From the human T2T-CHM13v2.0 reference genome, Homo sapiens, in NCBI RefSeq assembly GCF_009914755.1, contig NC_060948.1: DNA of 64,000 bases. One strand, given 5' to 3'. Shown one piece after another: positions 42,650 to 56,850 of this stretch. Each line of letters opens with the position of its first letter. Within the stretch, counting starts at the first letter, position 1. A model generated the notes under the pieces. It did not search any database. It had not been told where the DNA came from and worked only from the letters and a program-made list of their open reading frames with translations. The translations under genes were made by a program, and so were the position numbers.

Positions 42650-45600
42650 AATGGACTGGAATGGAAAGGAATCGAAACGAATGGAATGGAATCGAACTGA
42701 AGAGACTGGAATGGAATGCACTGTAATGGAAGGGAGTGTAATGGAAGGTTCTCGAAAAAAATGGAATCGAATGGAATGGAATTGAATGGAACGGAATAGA
42801 GTCGAATGGAATTGAATGGAATGGAATGGACTAGAGTGAAATGGAATCGAACCACAAGGAATGGACATGAATAGAATGGTCTCGAATTGAATGGAATCGT
42901 ATGGAATGGCATCAAACGGAATGGAATGGACAGCCACGGAATGGAATGCACTCGAATGCAATGGAGTCGAAACTAATGGACTGGAATAGAATGGACTCGA
43001 CTGGTACGGACTCCAATGGAATGGAATCGAATGGAAGGGAATCGAACGGAATGGACTCGAAGGGAAAAGACTGCAATGGAAAGGTCTCGAATGGAATGGA
43101 AATTAATGGAATGGAATGGAATCGAATGAAATGTAGTCAAAAGGAATGGAATCGTATGGCAAGAAATCGAATGTAATGGAATCACAAGGAATTGATGTGA
43201 ACGGAACGGAATGGAATGGAATCCAAAGGAATGGAATAGAATGGAATGGAATCGAATGGAAAGGACTCGAATGGAAATCACTCGAATAGAATGCAATTTA
43301 ATAAAATAGGATCAAATGTAATGGAATGGAATGAAAAGGAATCGAAACGAAAGGAATGGAGACAGATGGAATGGAATGGAACAGAGAGCAATGGTATAGA
43401 ATGGAATGGAATCATCTGGAATGGAATTGAATGGAATGGAATAATATGAAATGGAATGGAATGGAATGGAATGGAATGCCCTTGAATTAAATGGACTGGA
43501 ATGGAATGGACTCGAACAGAGTGGAATGGAAAGTGTTGAGATAGAATGGAATGGACTCCTTTGGAATGGTGTAGTATGCAATGCAATCGACTGGCAGGGA
43601 ATCAAAAGGAATGTAATCGAATGGATTGGACTGGAATGCAATGGACTCGAATAGATTGGAAACGGGATGCAAAGGAATGGAATGGAATAGTATGGAATGG
43701 AATGGAAAGGAATGGAGTGGAATAGACTAGAGTGGAATGGAATGGACTGGAAAGCAATGGACTGGAATGGAACTTTCTTGAATGGACTGGAATCAAACGG
43801 AATGGAATGCAATGCAATCAAATGGCATGGAATAAAATAGAATGAAAGAGAATCAAATGGAATTGAATCGAATGGAATCGAATGGATTGGAAAGGAATAG
43901 AATGGAATGGAATGGAATTGACTCAAATGGAATGGACTAGAATGGAATGGATTCGAATGGAAGGCAAAGGAATGGAATCTATTGGAATGGCCTGTAATGG
44001 AATGGAATGGAAGGGATTGGAATGGACTCGAATGGAATGGACTGCTATAGAAAGGATTCGAATGGAATGAAAAAGAATTGAATGGAATAGAACAGAATGG
44101 AATCAAATCGAATGAAATGGAATGGAATAGAAAGGAATGGAATGAAATGGAATGGAAAAGATTCGAATGGAATGCAATCGAATGGAATGGAATCGAACGG
44201 AATGGAATAAAATGGAAGAAAACTGGCAAGAAATGGAATCGAAATGAATGGAGTGTTATGGAACGGACTCAAAAGGAATTGAATGTAATAGAATGGAGTG
44301 GAGTGGACTCGAATATAATGGACTGGAATGGAATGAAATCACATGGAATGGGAACGAATGGAATGGAATGGAAAGGAATGGAATCGAATGGAAAGGAATC
44401 GAATGGAAGGGAATGAAATTGAATCAACAGGAATGGAAGGGAATAGAATAGACGGTAATGGAATGGACTCGAATAGAATGGACACGAATGCTCAAATTGA
44501 ATGGACTCGAATGGAATGGAAACGAAAGGAATGTCATCGAATGGAATTGAATCGATTGGAATGAAATCGCATAGAATGGAGTGGAATCAAATGGAATTGA
44601 ATCGAAAGGAAAGGAAGCGAATGGACTGAAATGAAATGGAATGGAATTGAATGGAAAGTAATGCAATGGAATAGAATGGAACGAAATTTCACGGAATGGA
44701 ATCAAACTGAATGGAATCAAATCAATGGAATCAAATCAAATGGAATGGAAAGGAATTGAATGGAGTAGATTGGATTGGATGGGATTGGAATGAAATGTAC
44801 TGGAAAGGACTCGAATTTCATGAAACGGAATGGAATGAATTGGAACGGAATGGACTCGAATGGAATGGAATGTCATGGAATGGCATCAAATGGAATGGCA
44901 TCAAATGGAATGGAATCGAATGCAATGGAATGCTATGGAATGGAATGGAATGCATTGGAATGGAATGTCCTCTAATGGAATGGATTCGAGTGGAATGGAA
45001 TCGAATATAATGGAGTCGAATGAAATGGAATTGAAAGGAATGGGATCGAATACAATGGAATATACTGGAATGTAATGTAATGAACTCGAATGTAATTGAC
45101 TGGAATGGAATGTACATGAATGGAATGTAATCGAATGGAAAGTAATCCAATGGAATAGAATCTAATGCAATAAAATCGACTCAGATAGAGTAGAATGTAA
45201 TGGAATGGAGTGCAGTGCAATGGAATGGAATGGAATTGAATGCAATGGAATGGAATGGAATGGAATGGAATGGAATGGAATGGAATGGGATGGAATGGGA
45301 TGGAATGGATAGTAATGGACTGGAGTGAAATGGACTGGAAAGGAATGGACTCAAATTGAATGGGCTCGAAAGGAATGGAGTCAAATGGAATGGTCTGGAA
45401 TGGAATGAACACGAATGTAATGCAATCCAATAGAATGGAATCGAATGGCATGGAATATAAAGAAATGGAATCGAAGAGAATGGAAACAAATGGATTGGAA
45501 TTGAGTGGAATGGAATTGAATGGAATGGGAACGAATGGAGTGAAATTGTATGCAGTAGAAGAGAATAGAATGGAATGCAGGCGAAAGGAAAGGAATGGAT

Positions 45601-48600
45601 TGGAATGGAATGGAATTCATTGGAATGGAAGGGAATGTAGTGTAATGGACAGGCCTGGAATAAAGTGGAATGCTACGGTCTCGAATGGAATAAAAATGTA
45701 TGGAATGGAATGCAATGAAACGGAATCGAATGTCATAGAATGTAATGGAATGCAAAAAAATGGACTCCAAAATCATTGACTGGAAAGGCTGGGTGTCGAA
45801 AGGAATTGACTCCAATGGAATGGAATCGAATGGAATGGAAGTGAATAGAATCGAACTAAATCGAATGGAATGGAATTGATAGGAACGGAATGGAAAGGAA
45901 TGCAATGATTTGGCATGGAATGGAATCGAATGGCATCGAATGGAATGGAATGGAATGCAATGGAATGGAATGTATTAGAATGTAATGAACTTTAATGGAA
46001 TGTACTCGAATGGATTCGACTGGAATGGAATGTTCTGGAAGTGAATGGACTCCAATGGAATGGATTCAAAAGGAATGGAATCGTACGGAATGGAATCTAA
46101 TGGAATGGAATTAAATGGAAATGAATCAAATTGAATAGCACGGAATTGAATTGAATGGAATGGAATGCAATGGAATCTAACGAAACGGAAAGGAAAGGAA
46201 TGCAATGGAATGGAATGGGCTGGAATGGAAAGGAATCGAAACGAATGGAATGGAATCGAACTGAAGAGACTGGAACGGAATGCACTGGAATGGAAGGGAG
46301 TGTAATGGAAGGTTCTCGAAAAAAATGGAATCGAATGGAATGGAATTGAATGGAACGGAATAGAGTCGAATGGAATTGAATGGGATGGAATGGACTAGAG
46401 TGAAATGGAATCGAACCACAAGGAATGGACAGGAATAGAATGGTCTCGAATTGAATGGAATCGTATGGAATGGCATCAAACGGAATGGAATGGACAGCCA
46501 CGGAATGGAATGCACTCGAATGCAATGGAGTCGAAACTAATGGACTGGAATAGAATGGACTCGACTGGTACGGACTCCAATGGAATGGAATCGAATGGAA
46601 GGGAATCGAACGGAATGGACTCGAAGGGACAAGACTGCAATGGAAAGGTCTCGAATGGAATGGAAATTAATGGAATGGAATGGAATCGAATGAAATGGAG
46701 TCAAAAGGAATGGAATCGAATGGCAAGAAATCGAATGTAATGGAATCGCAAGGAATTGATGTGAACGGAACGGAATGGAATGGAATCCAAAGGAATGGAA
46801 TAGAATGGAATGGAATCGAATGGAAAGGACTCGAATGGAAATCACTCGAATAGAATGCAATTTAATAAAATAGGATCAAATGTAATGGAATGGAATGGAA
46901 AGGAATCGAAACGAAAGGAATGGAGACAGATGGAATGGAATGGAACAGAGAGCAATGGTATAGAATGGAATGGAATCATCTGGAGTGGAATTGAATGGAA
47001 TGGAATAATATGAAATGGAATGGAATGGAATGGAATGGAATGCCCTTGAATTAAATGGACTGGAATGGAATGGACTCGAACAGAGTGGAATGGAAAGTGT
47101 TGAGATAGAATGGAATGGACTCCTTTGGAATGGTCTAGTATGCAATGCAATCGACTGGTAGGGAATCAAAAGGAATGTAATCGAATGGATTGGACTGGAA
47201 TGCAATGGACTCGAATAGATTGGAAACGGAATGCAAAGGAATGGAATGGAATAGTATGGAATGGAATGGAAAGGAATGGAGTGGAATAGACTAGAGTGGA
47301 ATGGAATGGACTGGAAAGCAATGGACTGGAATGGAACTTTCTTGAATGGACTGGAATCAAACGGAATGGAATGCAATGCAATCAAATGGCATGGAATAAA
47401 ATAGAATGAAAGAGAATCAAATGGAATTGAATCGAATGGAATCGAATGGATTGGAAAGGAATAGAATGGAATGGAATGGAATGGACTCAAATGGAATGGA
47501 CTAGAATGGAATGGATTCGAATGGAAGGCAAAGGAATGGAATCTATTGGAATGGACTGTAATGGAATGGAATGGAAGGGATTGGAATGGACTCGAATGGA
47601 ATGGACTGCAATAGAAAGGATTCGAATGGAATGAAAAAGAATTTAATGGAATAGAACAGAATGGAATCAAATCGAATGAAATGGAATGGAATAGAAAGGA
47701 ATGGAATGAAATGGAATGGAAAGGATTCGAATGGAATGCAATCGAATGGAATGGAATCGAACGGAATGGAATAAAATGGAAGAAAACTGGCAAGAAATGG
47801 AATCGAAATGAATGGAGTGTTATGGAACGGACTCAAAAGGAATTGAATGTAATAGAATGGAGTGGAGTGGACTCGAATATAATGGACTGGAATGGAATGA
47901 AATCACATGGAATGGGAACGAATGGAATGGAATGGAAAGGAATGGAATCGAATGGAAAGGAATCGAATGGAAGGGAATGAAATTGAATCAACAGGAATGG
48001 AAGGGAATAGAATAGACGGTAATGGAATGGACTCGAATAGAATGGACACGAATGCTCAAATTGAATGGACTCGAATGGAATGGAAACGAAAGGAATGTCA
48101 TCGAATGGAATTGAATCGATTGGAATGAAATCGCATAGAATGGAGTGGAATCAAATGGAATTGAATCGAAAGGAAAGGAAGCGAATGGACTGAAATGAAA
48201 TGGAATGGAATTGAATGGAAAGTAATGCAATGGAATAGAATGGAACGAAATTTCACGGAATGGAATCAAACTGAATGGAATCAAATCAATGGAATCCAAT
48301 CAAATGGAATGGAGTAGATTGGATTGGATGGGATTGGAATGAAATGTACTGGAAAGGACTCGAATTTCATGAAACGGAATGGAATGAATTGGAACGGAAT
48401 GGACTCGAATGGAATGGAATGTCATAGAATGGCATCAAATGGATTGGCATCAAATGGAATGGAATCGAATGCAATGGAATGCTATGGAATGGAATGGAAT
48501 GCATTGGAATGGAATGTCCTCTAATGGAATGGATTCGAGTGGAATGGAATCGAATATAATGGAGTCGAATGAAATGGAATTGAAAGGAATGGGATCGAAT

Positions 48601-51600
48601 ACAATGGAATATACTGGAATGTAATGTAATGAACTCGAATGTAATTGACTGGAATGGAATGTACATGAATGGAATGTAATCGAATGGAAAGTAATCCAAT
48701 GGAATAGAATCTAATGCAATAAAATCGACTCAGATAGAGTAGAATGTAATGGAATGGAGTGCAGTGCAATGGAATGGAATGGAATGGAATGCAATGGAAT
48801 GGAATGGAATGGAATGGAATGGAATGGAATGGAATGGTGTGGAATGGATAGTAATGGACTGGAGTGAAATGGACTGGAAAGGAATGGACTCAAATTGAAT
48901 GGGCTCGAAAGGAATGGAGTCAAATGGAATGGTCTGGAATGGAATGAACACGAATGTAATGCAATCCAATAGAATGGAATCGAATGGCATGGAATATAAA
49001 GAAATGGAATCGAAGAGAATGGAAACAAATGGATTGGAATTGAGTGGAATGGAATTGAATGGAATGGGAACGAATGGAGTGAAATTGTATGCAGTAGAAG
49101 AGAATAGAATGGAATGCAGGCGAAAGGAAAGGAATGGATTGGAATGGAATGGAATTCATTGGAATGGAAGGGAATGTAGTGTAATGGACAGGCCTGGAAT
49201 AAAGTGGAATGCTACGGTCTCGAATGGAATAAAAATGTATGGAATGGAATGCAATGAAACGGAATCGAATGTCATAGAATGTAATGGAATGCAAAAAAAT
49301 GGACTCCAAAATCATTGACTGGAAAGGCTGGGTGTCGAAAGGAATTGACTCCAATGGAATGGAATCGAATGGAATGGAAGTGAATAGAATCGAACTAAAT
49401 CGAATGGAATGGAATTGATAGGAACGGAATGGAAAGGAATGCAATGATTTGGCATGGAATGGAATCGAATGGCATCGAATGGAATGGAATGGAATGCAAT
49501 GGAATGGAATGTATTAGAATGTAATGAACTTTAATGGAATGTACTCGAATGGATTCGACTGGAATGGAATGTTCTGGAAGTGAATGGACTCCAATGGAAT
49601 GGATTCAAAAGGAATGGAATCGTACGGAATGGAATCTAATGGAATGGAATTAAATGGAAATGAATCAAATTGAATAGCACGGAATTGAATTGAATGGAAT
49701 GGAATGCAATGGAATCTAATGAAACGGAAAGGAAAGGAATGGAATGGAATGGAATGGACTGGAATGGAAAGGAATCGAAACGAATGGAATGGAATCGAAC
49801 TGAAGAGACTGGAATGGAATGCACTGGAATGGAAGGGAGTGTAATGGAAGGTTCTCGAAAAAAATGGAATCGAATGGAATGGAATTGAATGGAACGGAAT
49901 AGAGTCGAATGGAATTGAATGGAATGGAATGGACTAGAGTGAAATGGAATCGAACCACAAGGAATGGACATGAATAGAATGGTCTCGAATTGAATGGAAT
50001 CGTATGGAATGGCATCAAACGGAATGGAATGCACAGCCACGGAATGGAATGCACTCGAATGCAATGGAGTCGAAACTAATGGACTGGAATAGAATGGACT
50101 CGACTGGTACGGACTCCAATGGAATGGAATCGAATGGAAGGGAATCGAACGGAATGGACTCGAAGGGAAAAGACTGCAATGGAAAGGTCTCGAATGGAAT
50201 GGAAATTAATGGAATGGAATGGAATCGAATGAAATGTAGTCAAAAGGAATGGAATCGTATGGCAAGAAATCGAATGTAATGGAATCACAAGGAATTGATG
50301 TGAACGGAACGGAATGGAATGGAATCCAAAGGAATGGAATAGAATGGAATGGAATCGAATGGAAAGGACTCGAATGGAAATCACTCGAATAGAATGCAAT
50401 TTAATAAAATAGGATCAAATGTAATGGAATGGAATGAAAAGGAATCGAAACGAAAGGAATGGAGACAGATGGAATGGAATGGAACAGAGAGCAATGGTAT
50501 AGAATGGAATGGAATCATCTGGAATGGAATTGAATGGAATGGAATAATATGAAATGGAATGGAATGGAATGGAATGGAATGCCCTTGAATTAAATGGACT
50601 GGAATGGAATGGACTCGAACAGAGTGGAATGGAAAGTGTTGAGATAGAATGGAATGGACTCCTTTGGAATGGTGTAGTATGCAATGCAATCGACTGGCAG
50701 GGAATCAAAAGGAATGTAATCGAATGGATTGGACTGGAATGCAATGGACTCGAATAGATTGGAAACGGGATGCAAAGGAATGGAATGGAATAGTATGGAA
50801 TGGAATGGAAAGGAATGGAGTGGAATAGACTAGAGTGGAATGGAATGGACTGGAAAGCAATGGACTGGAATGGAACTTTCTTGAATGGACTGGAATCAAA
50901 CGGAATGGAATGCAATGCAATCAAATGGCATGGAATAAAATAGAATGAAAGAGAATCAAATGGAATTGAATCGAATGGAATCGAATGGATTGGAAAGGAA
51001 TAGAATGGAATGGAATGGAATTGACTCAAATGGAATGGACTAGAATGGAATGGATTCGAATGGAAGGCAAAGGAATGGAATCTATTGGAATGGACTGTAA
51101 TGGAATGGAATGGAAGGGATTGGAATGGACTCGAATGGAATGGACTGCAATAGAAAGGTTTCGAATGGAATGAAAAAGAATTGAATGGAATAGAACAGAA
51201 TGGAATCAAATCGAATGAAATGGAATGGAATAGAAAGGAATGGAATGAAATGGAATGGAAAGGATTCGAATGGAATGCAATCGAATGGAATGGAATCGAA
51301 CGGAATGGAATAAAATGGAAGAAAACTGGCAAGAAATGGAATCGAAATGAATGGAGTGTTATGGAACGGACTCAAAAGGAATTGAATGTAATAGAATGGA
51401 GTGGAGTGGACTCGAATATAATGGACTGGAATGGAATGAAATCACATGGAATGGGAACGAATGGAATGGAATGGAAAGGAATGGAATCGAATGGAAAGGA
51501 ATCGAATGGAAGGGAATGAAATTGAATCAACAGGAATGGAAGGGAATAGAATAGACGGTAATGGAATGGACTCGAATAGAATGGACACGAATGCTCAAAT

Positions 51601-54600
51601 TGAATGGACTCGAATGGAATGGAAACGAAAGGAATGTCATCGAATGGAATTGAATCGATTGGAATGAAATCGCACAGAATGGAGTGGAATCAAATGGAAT
51701 TGAATCGAAAGGAAAGGAAGCGAATGGACTGAAATGAAATGGAATGGAATTGAATGGAAAGTAATGCAATGGAATAGAATGGAACTAAATTTCACGGAAT
51801 GGAATCAAACTGAATGGAATCAAATCAATGGAATCAAATCAAATGGAATGGAAAGGAATTGAATGGAGTAGATTGGATTGGATGGGATTGGAATGAAATG
51901 TACTGGAAAGGACTCGAATTTCATGAAACGGAATGGAATGAATTGGAACGGAATGGACTCGAATGGAATGGAATGTCATGGAATGGCATCAAATGGAATG
52001 GCATCAAATGGAATGGAATCGAATGCAATGGAATGCTATGGAATGGAATGGAATGCATTGGAATGGAATGTCCTCTAATGGAATGGATTCGAGTGGAATG
52101 GAATCGAATATAATGGAGTCGAATGAAATGGAATTGAAAGGAATGGGATCGAATACAATGGAATATACTGGAATGTAATGTAATGAACTCGAATGTAATT
52201 GACTGGAATGGAATGTACATGAATGGAATGTAATCGAATGGAAAGTAATCCAATGGAATAGAATCTAATGCAATAAAATCGACTCAGATAGAGTAGAATG
52301 TAATGGAATGGAGTGCAGTGCAATGGAATGGAATGGAATTGAATGCAATGGAATGGAATGGAATGGAATGGAATGGAATGGAATGGAATGGGATGGAATG
52401 GGATGGAATGGATAGTAATGGACTGGAGTGAAATGGACTGGAAAGGAATGGACTCAAATTGAATGGGCTCGAAAGGAATGGAGTCAAATGGAATGGTCTG
52501 GAATGGAATGAACACGAATGTAATGCAATCCAATAGAATGGAATCGAATGGCATGGAATATAAAGAAATGGAATCGAAGAGAATGGAAACAAATGGATTG
52601 GAATTGAGTGGAATGGAATTGAATGGAATGGGAACGAATGGAGTGAAATTGTATGCAGTAGAAGAGAATAGAATGGAATGCAGGCGAAAGGAAAGGAATG
52701 GATTGGAATGGAATGGAATTCATTGGAATGGAAGGGAATGTAGTGTAATGGACAGGCCTGGAATAAAGTGGAATGCTACGGTCTCGAATGGAATAAAAAT
52801 GTATGGAATGGAATGCAATGAAACGGAATCGAATGTCATAGAATGTAATGGAATGCAAAAAAATGGACTCCAAAATCATTGACTGGAAAGGCTGGGTGTC
52901 GAAAGGAATTGACTCCAATGGAATGGAATCGAATGGAATGGAAGTGAATAGAATCGAACTAAATCGAATGGAATGGAATTGATAGGAACGGAATGGAAAG
53001 GAATGCAATGATTTGGCATGGAATGGAATCGAATGGCATCGAATGGAATGGAATGGAATGCAATGGAATGGAATGTATTAGAATGTAATGAACTTTAATG
53101 GAATGTACTCGAATGGATTCGACTGGAATGGAATGTTCTGGAAGTGAATGGACTCCAATGGAATGGATTCAAAAGGAATGGAATCGTACGGAATGGAATC
53201 TAATGGAATGGAATTAAATGGAAATGAATCAAATTGAATAGCACGGAATTGAATTGAATGGAATGGAATGCAATGGAATCTAACGAAACGGAAAGGAAAG
53301 GAATGCAATGGAATGGAATGGGCTGGAATGGAAAGGAATCGAAACGAATGGAATGGAATCGAACTGAAGAGACTGGAACGGAATGCACTGGAATGGAAGG
53401 GAGTGTAATGGAAGGTTCTCGAAAAAAATGGAATCGAATGGAATGGAATTGAATGGAACGGAATAGAGTCGAATGGAATTGAATGGGATGGAATGGACTA
53501 GAGTGAAATGGAATCGAACCACAAGGAATGGACAGGAATAGAATGGTCTCGAATTGAATGGAATCGTATGGAATGGCATCAAACGGAATGGAATGGACAG
53601 CCACGGAATGGAATGCACTCGAATGCAATGGAGTCGAAACTAATGGACTGGAATAGAATGGACTCGACTGGTACGGACTCCAATGGAATGGAATCGAATG
53701 GAAGGGAATCGAACGGAATGGACTCGAAGGGACAAGACTGCAATGGAAAGGTCTCGAATGGAATGGAAATTAATGGAATGGAATGGAATCGAATGAAATG
53801 GAGTCAAAAGGAATGGAATCGAATGGCAAGAAATCGAATGTAATGGAATCGCAAGGAATTGATGTGAACGGAACGGAATGGAATGGAATCCAAAGGAATG
53901 GAATAGAATGGAATGGAATCGAATGGAAAGGACTCGAATGGAAATCACTCGAATAGAATGCAATTTAATAAAATAGGATCAAATGTAATGGAATGGAATG
54001 GAAAGGAATCGAAACGAAAGGAATGGAGACAGATGGAATGGAATGGAACAGAGAGCAATGGTATAGAATGGAATGGAATCATCTGGAATGGAATTGAATG
54101 GAATGGAATAATATGAAATGGAATGGAATGGAATGGAATGGAATGCCCTTGAATTAAATGGACTGGAATGGAATGGACTCGAACAGAGTGGAATGGAAAG
54201 TGTTGAGATAGAATGGAATGGACTCCTTTGGAATGGTCTAGTATGCAATGCAATCGACTGGTAGGGAATCAAAAGGAATGTAATCGAATGGATTGGACTG
54301 GAATGCAATGGACTCGAATAGATTGGAAACGGAATGCAAAGGAATGGAATGGAATAGTATGGAATGGAATGGAAAGGAATGGAGTGGAATAGACTAGAGT
54401 GGAATGGAATGGACTGGAAAGCAATGGACTGGAATGGAACTTTCTTGAATGGACTGGAATCAAACGGAATGGAATGCAATGCAATCAAATGGCATGGAAT
54501 AAAATAGAATGAAAGAGAATCAAATGGAATTGAATCGAATGGAATCGAATGGATTGGAAAGGAATAGAATGGAATGGAATGGAATGGACTCAAATGGAAT

Positions 54601-56850
54601 GGACTAGAATGGAATGGATTCGAATGGAAGGCAAAGGAATGGAATCTATTGGAATGGACTGTAATGGAATGGAATGGAAGGGATTGGAATGGACTCGAAT
54701 GGAATGGACTGCAATAGAAAGGATTCGAATGGAATGAAAAAGAATTTAATGGAATAGAACAGAATGGAATCAAATCGAATGAAATGGAATGGAATAGAAA
54801 GGAATGGAATGAAATGGAATGGAAAGGATTCGAATGGAATGCAATCGAATGGAATGGAATCGAACGGAATGGAATAAAATGGAAGAAAACTGGCAAGAAA
54901 TGGAATCGAAATGAATGGAGTGTTATGGAACGGACTCAAAAGGAATTGAATGTAATAGAATGGAGTGGAGTGGACTCGAATATAATGGACTGGAATGGAA
55001 TGAAATCACATGGAATGGGAACGAATGGAATGGAATGGAAAGGAATGGAATCGAATGGAAAGGAATCGAATGGAAGGGAATGAAATTGAATCAACAGGAA
55101 TGGAAGGGAATAGAATAGACGGTAATGGAATGGACTCGAATAGAATGGACACGAATGCTCAAATTGAATGGACTCGAATGGAATGGAAACGAAAGGAATG
55201 TCATCGAATGGAATTGAATCGATTGGAATGAAATCGCATAGAATGGAGTGGAATCAAATGGAATTGAATCGAAAGGAAAGGAAGCGAATGGACTGAAATG
55301 AAATGGAATGGAATTGAATGGAAAGTAATGCAATGGAATAGAATGGAACGAAATTTCACGGAATGGAATCAAACTGAATGGAATCAAATCAATGGAATCC
55401 AATCAAATGGAATGGAGTAGATTGGATTGGATGGGATTGGAATGAAATGTACTGGAAAGGACTCGAATTTCATGAAACGGAATGGAATGAATTGGAACGG
55501 AATGGACTCGAATGGAATGGAATGTCATAGAATGGCATCAAATGGATTGGCATCAAATGGAATGGAATCGAATGCAATGGAATGCTATGGAATGGAATGG
55601 AATGCATTGGAATGGAATGTCCTCTAATGGAATGGATTCGAGTGGAATGGAATCGAATATAATGGAGTCGAATGAAATGGAATTGAAAGGAATGGGATCG
55701 AATACAATGGAATATACTGGAATGTAATGTAATGAACTCGAATGTAATTGACTGGAATGGAATGTACATGAATGGAATGTAATCGAATGGAAAGTAATCC
55801 AATGGAATAGAATCTAATGCAATAAAATCGACTCAGATAGAGTAGAATGTAATGGAATGGAGTGCAGTGCAATGGAATGGAATGGAATGGAATGCAATGG
55901 AATGGAATGGAATGGAATGGAATGGAATGGAATGGAATGGTGTGGAATGGATAGTAATGGACTGGAGTGAAATGGACTGGAAAGGAATGGACTCAAATTG
56001 AATGGGCTCGAAAGGAATGGAGTCAAATGGAATGGTCTGGAATGGAATGAACACGAATGTAATGCAATCCAATAGAATGGAATCGAATGGCATGGAATAT
56101 AAAGAAATGGAATCGAAGAGAATGGAAACAAATGGATTGGAATTGAGTGGAATGGAATTGAATGGAATGGGAACGAATGGAGTGAAATTGTATGCAGTAG
56201 AAGAGAATAGAATGGAATGCAGGCGAAAGGAAAGGAATGGATTGGAATGGAATGGAATTCATTGGAATGGAAGGGAATGTAGTGTAATGGACAGGCCTGG
56301 AATAAAGTGGAATGCTACGGTCTCGAATGGAATAAAAATGTATGGAATGGAATGCAATGAAACGGAATCGAATGTCATAGAATGTAATGGAATGCAAAAA
56401 AATGGACTCCAAAATCATTGACTGGAAAGGCTGGGTGTCGAAAGGAATTGACTCCAATGGAATGGAATCGAATGGAATGGAAGTGAATAGAATCGAACTA
56501 AATCGAATGGAATGGAATTGATAGGAACGGAATGGAAAGGAATGCAATGATTTGGCATGGAATGGAATCGAATGGCATCGAATGGAATGGAATGGAATGC
56601 AATGGAATGGAATGTATTAGAATGTAATGAACTTTAATGGAATGTACTCGAATGGATTCGACTGGAATGGAATGTTCTGGAAGTGAATGGACTCCAATGG
56701 AATGGATTCAAAAGGAATGGAATCGTACGGAATGGAATCTAATGGAATGGAATTAAATGGAAATGAATCAAATTGAATAGCACGGAATTGAATTGAATGG
56801 AATGGAATGCAATGGAATCTAATGAAACGGAAAGGAAAGGAATGGAATGG
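42650..56850 (+). repeat. Tandem duplication of a two-unit (7103-bp) DYZ1 block; boundaries approximate
   Basis: Variants recur exactly 7103 bp apart: tctaaCgaaa (46171/53274), gaatggGatgg (46384/53487), aagaattTaat (47644/54747), and a 15-bp deletion (~48310/~55413). HaeIII unit lengths run 3564, 3539, 3564, 3539. Confidence 0.85.
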
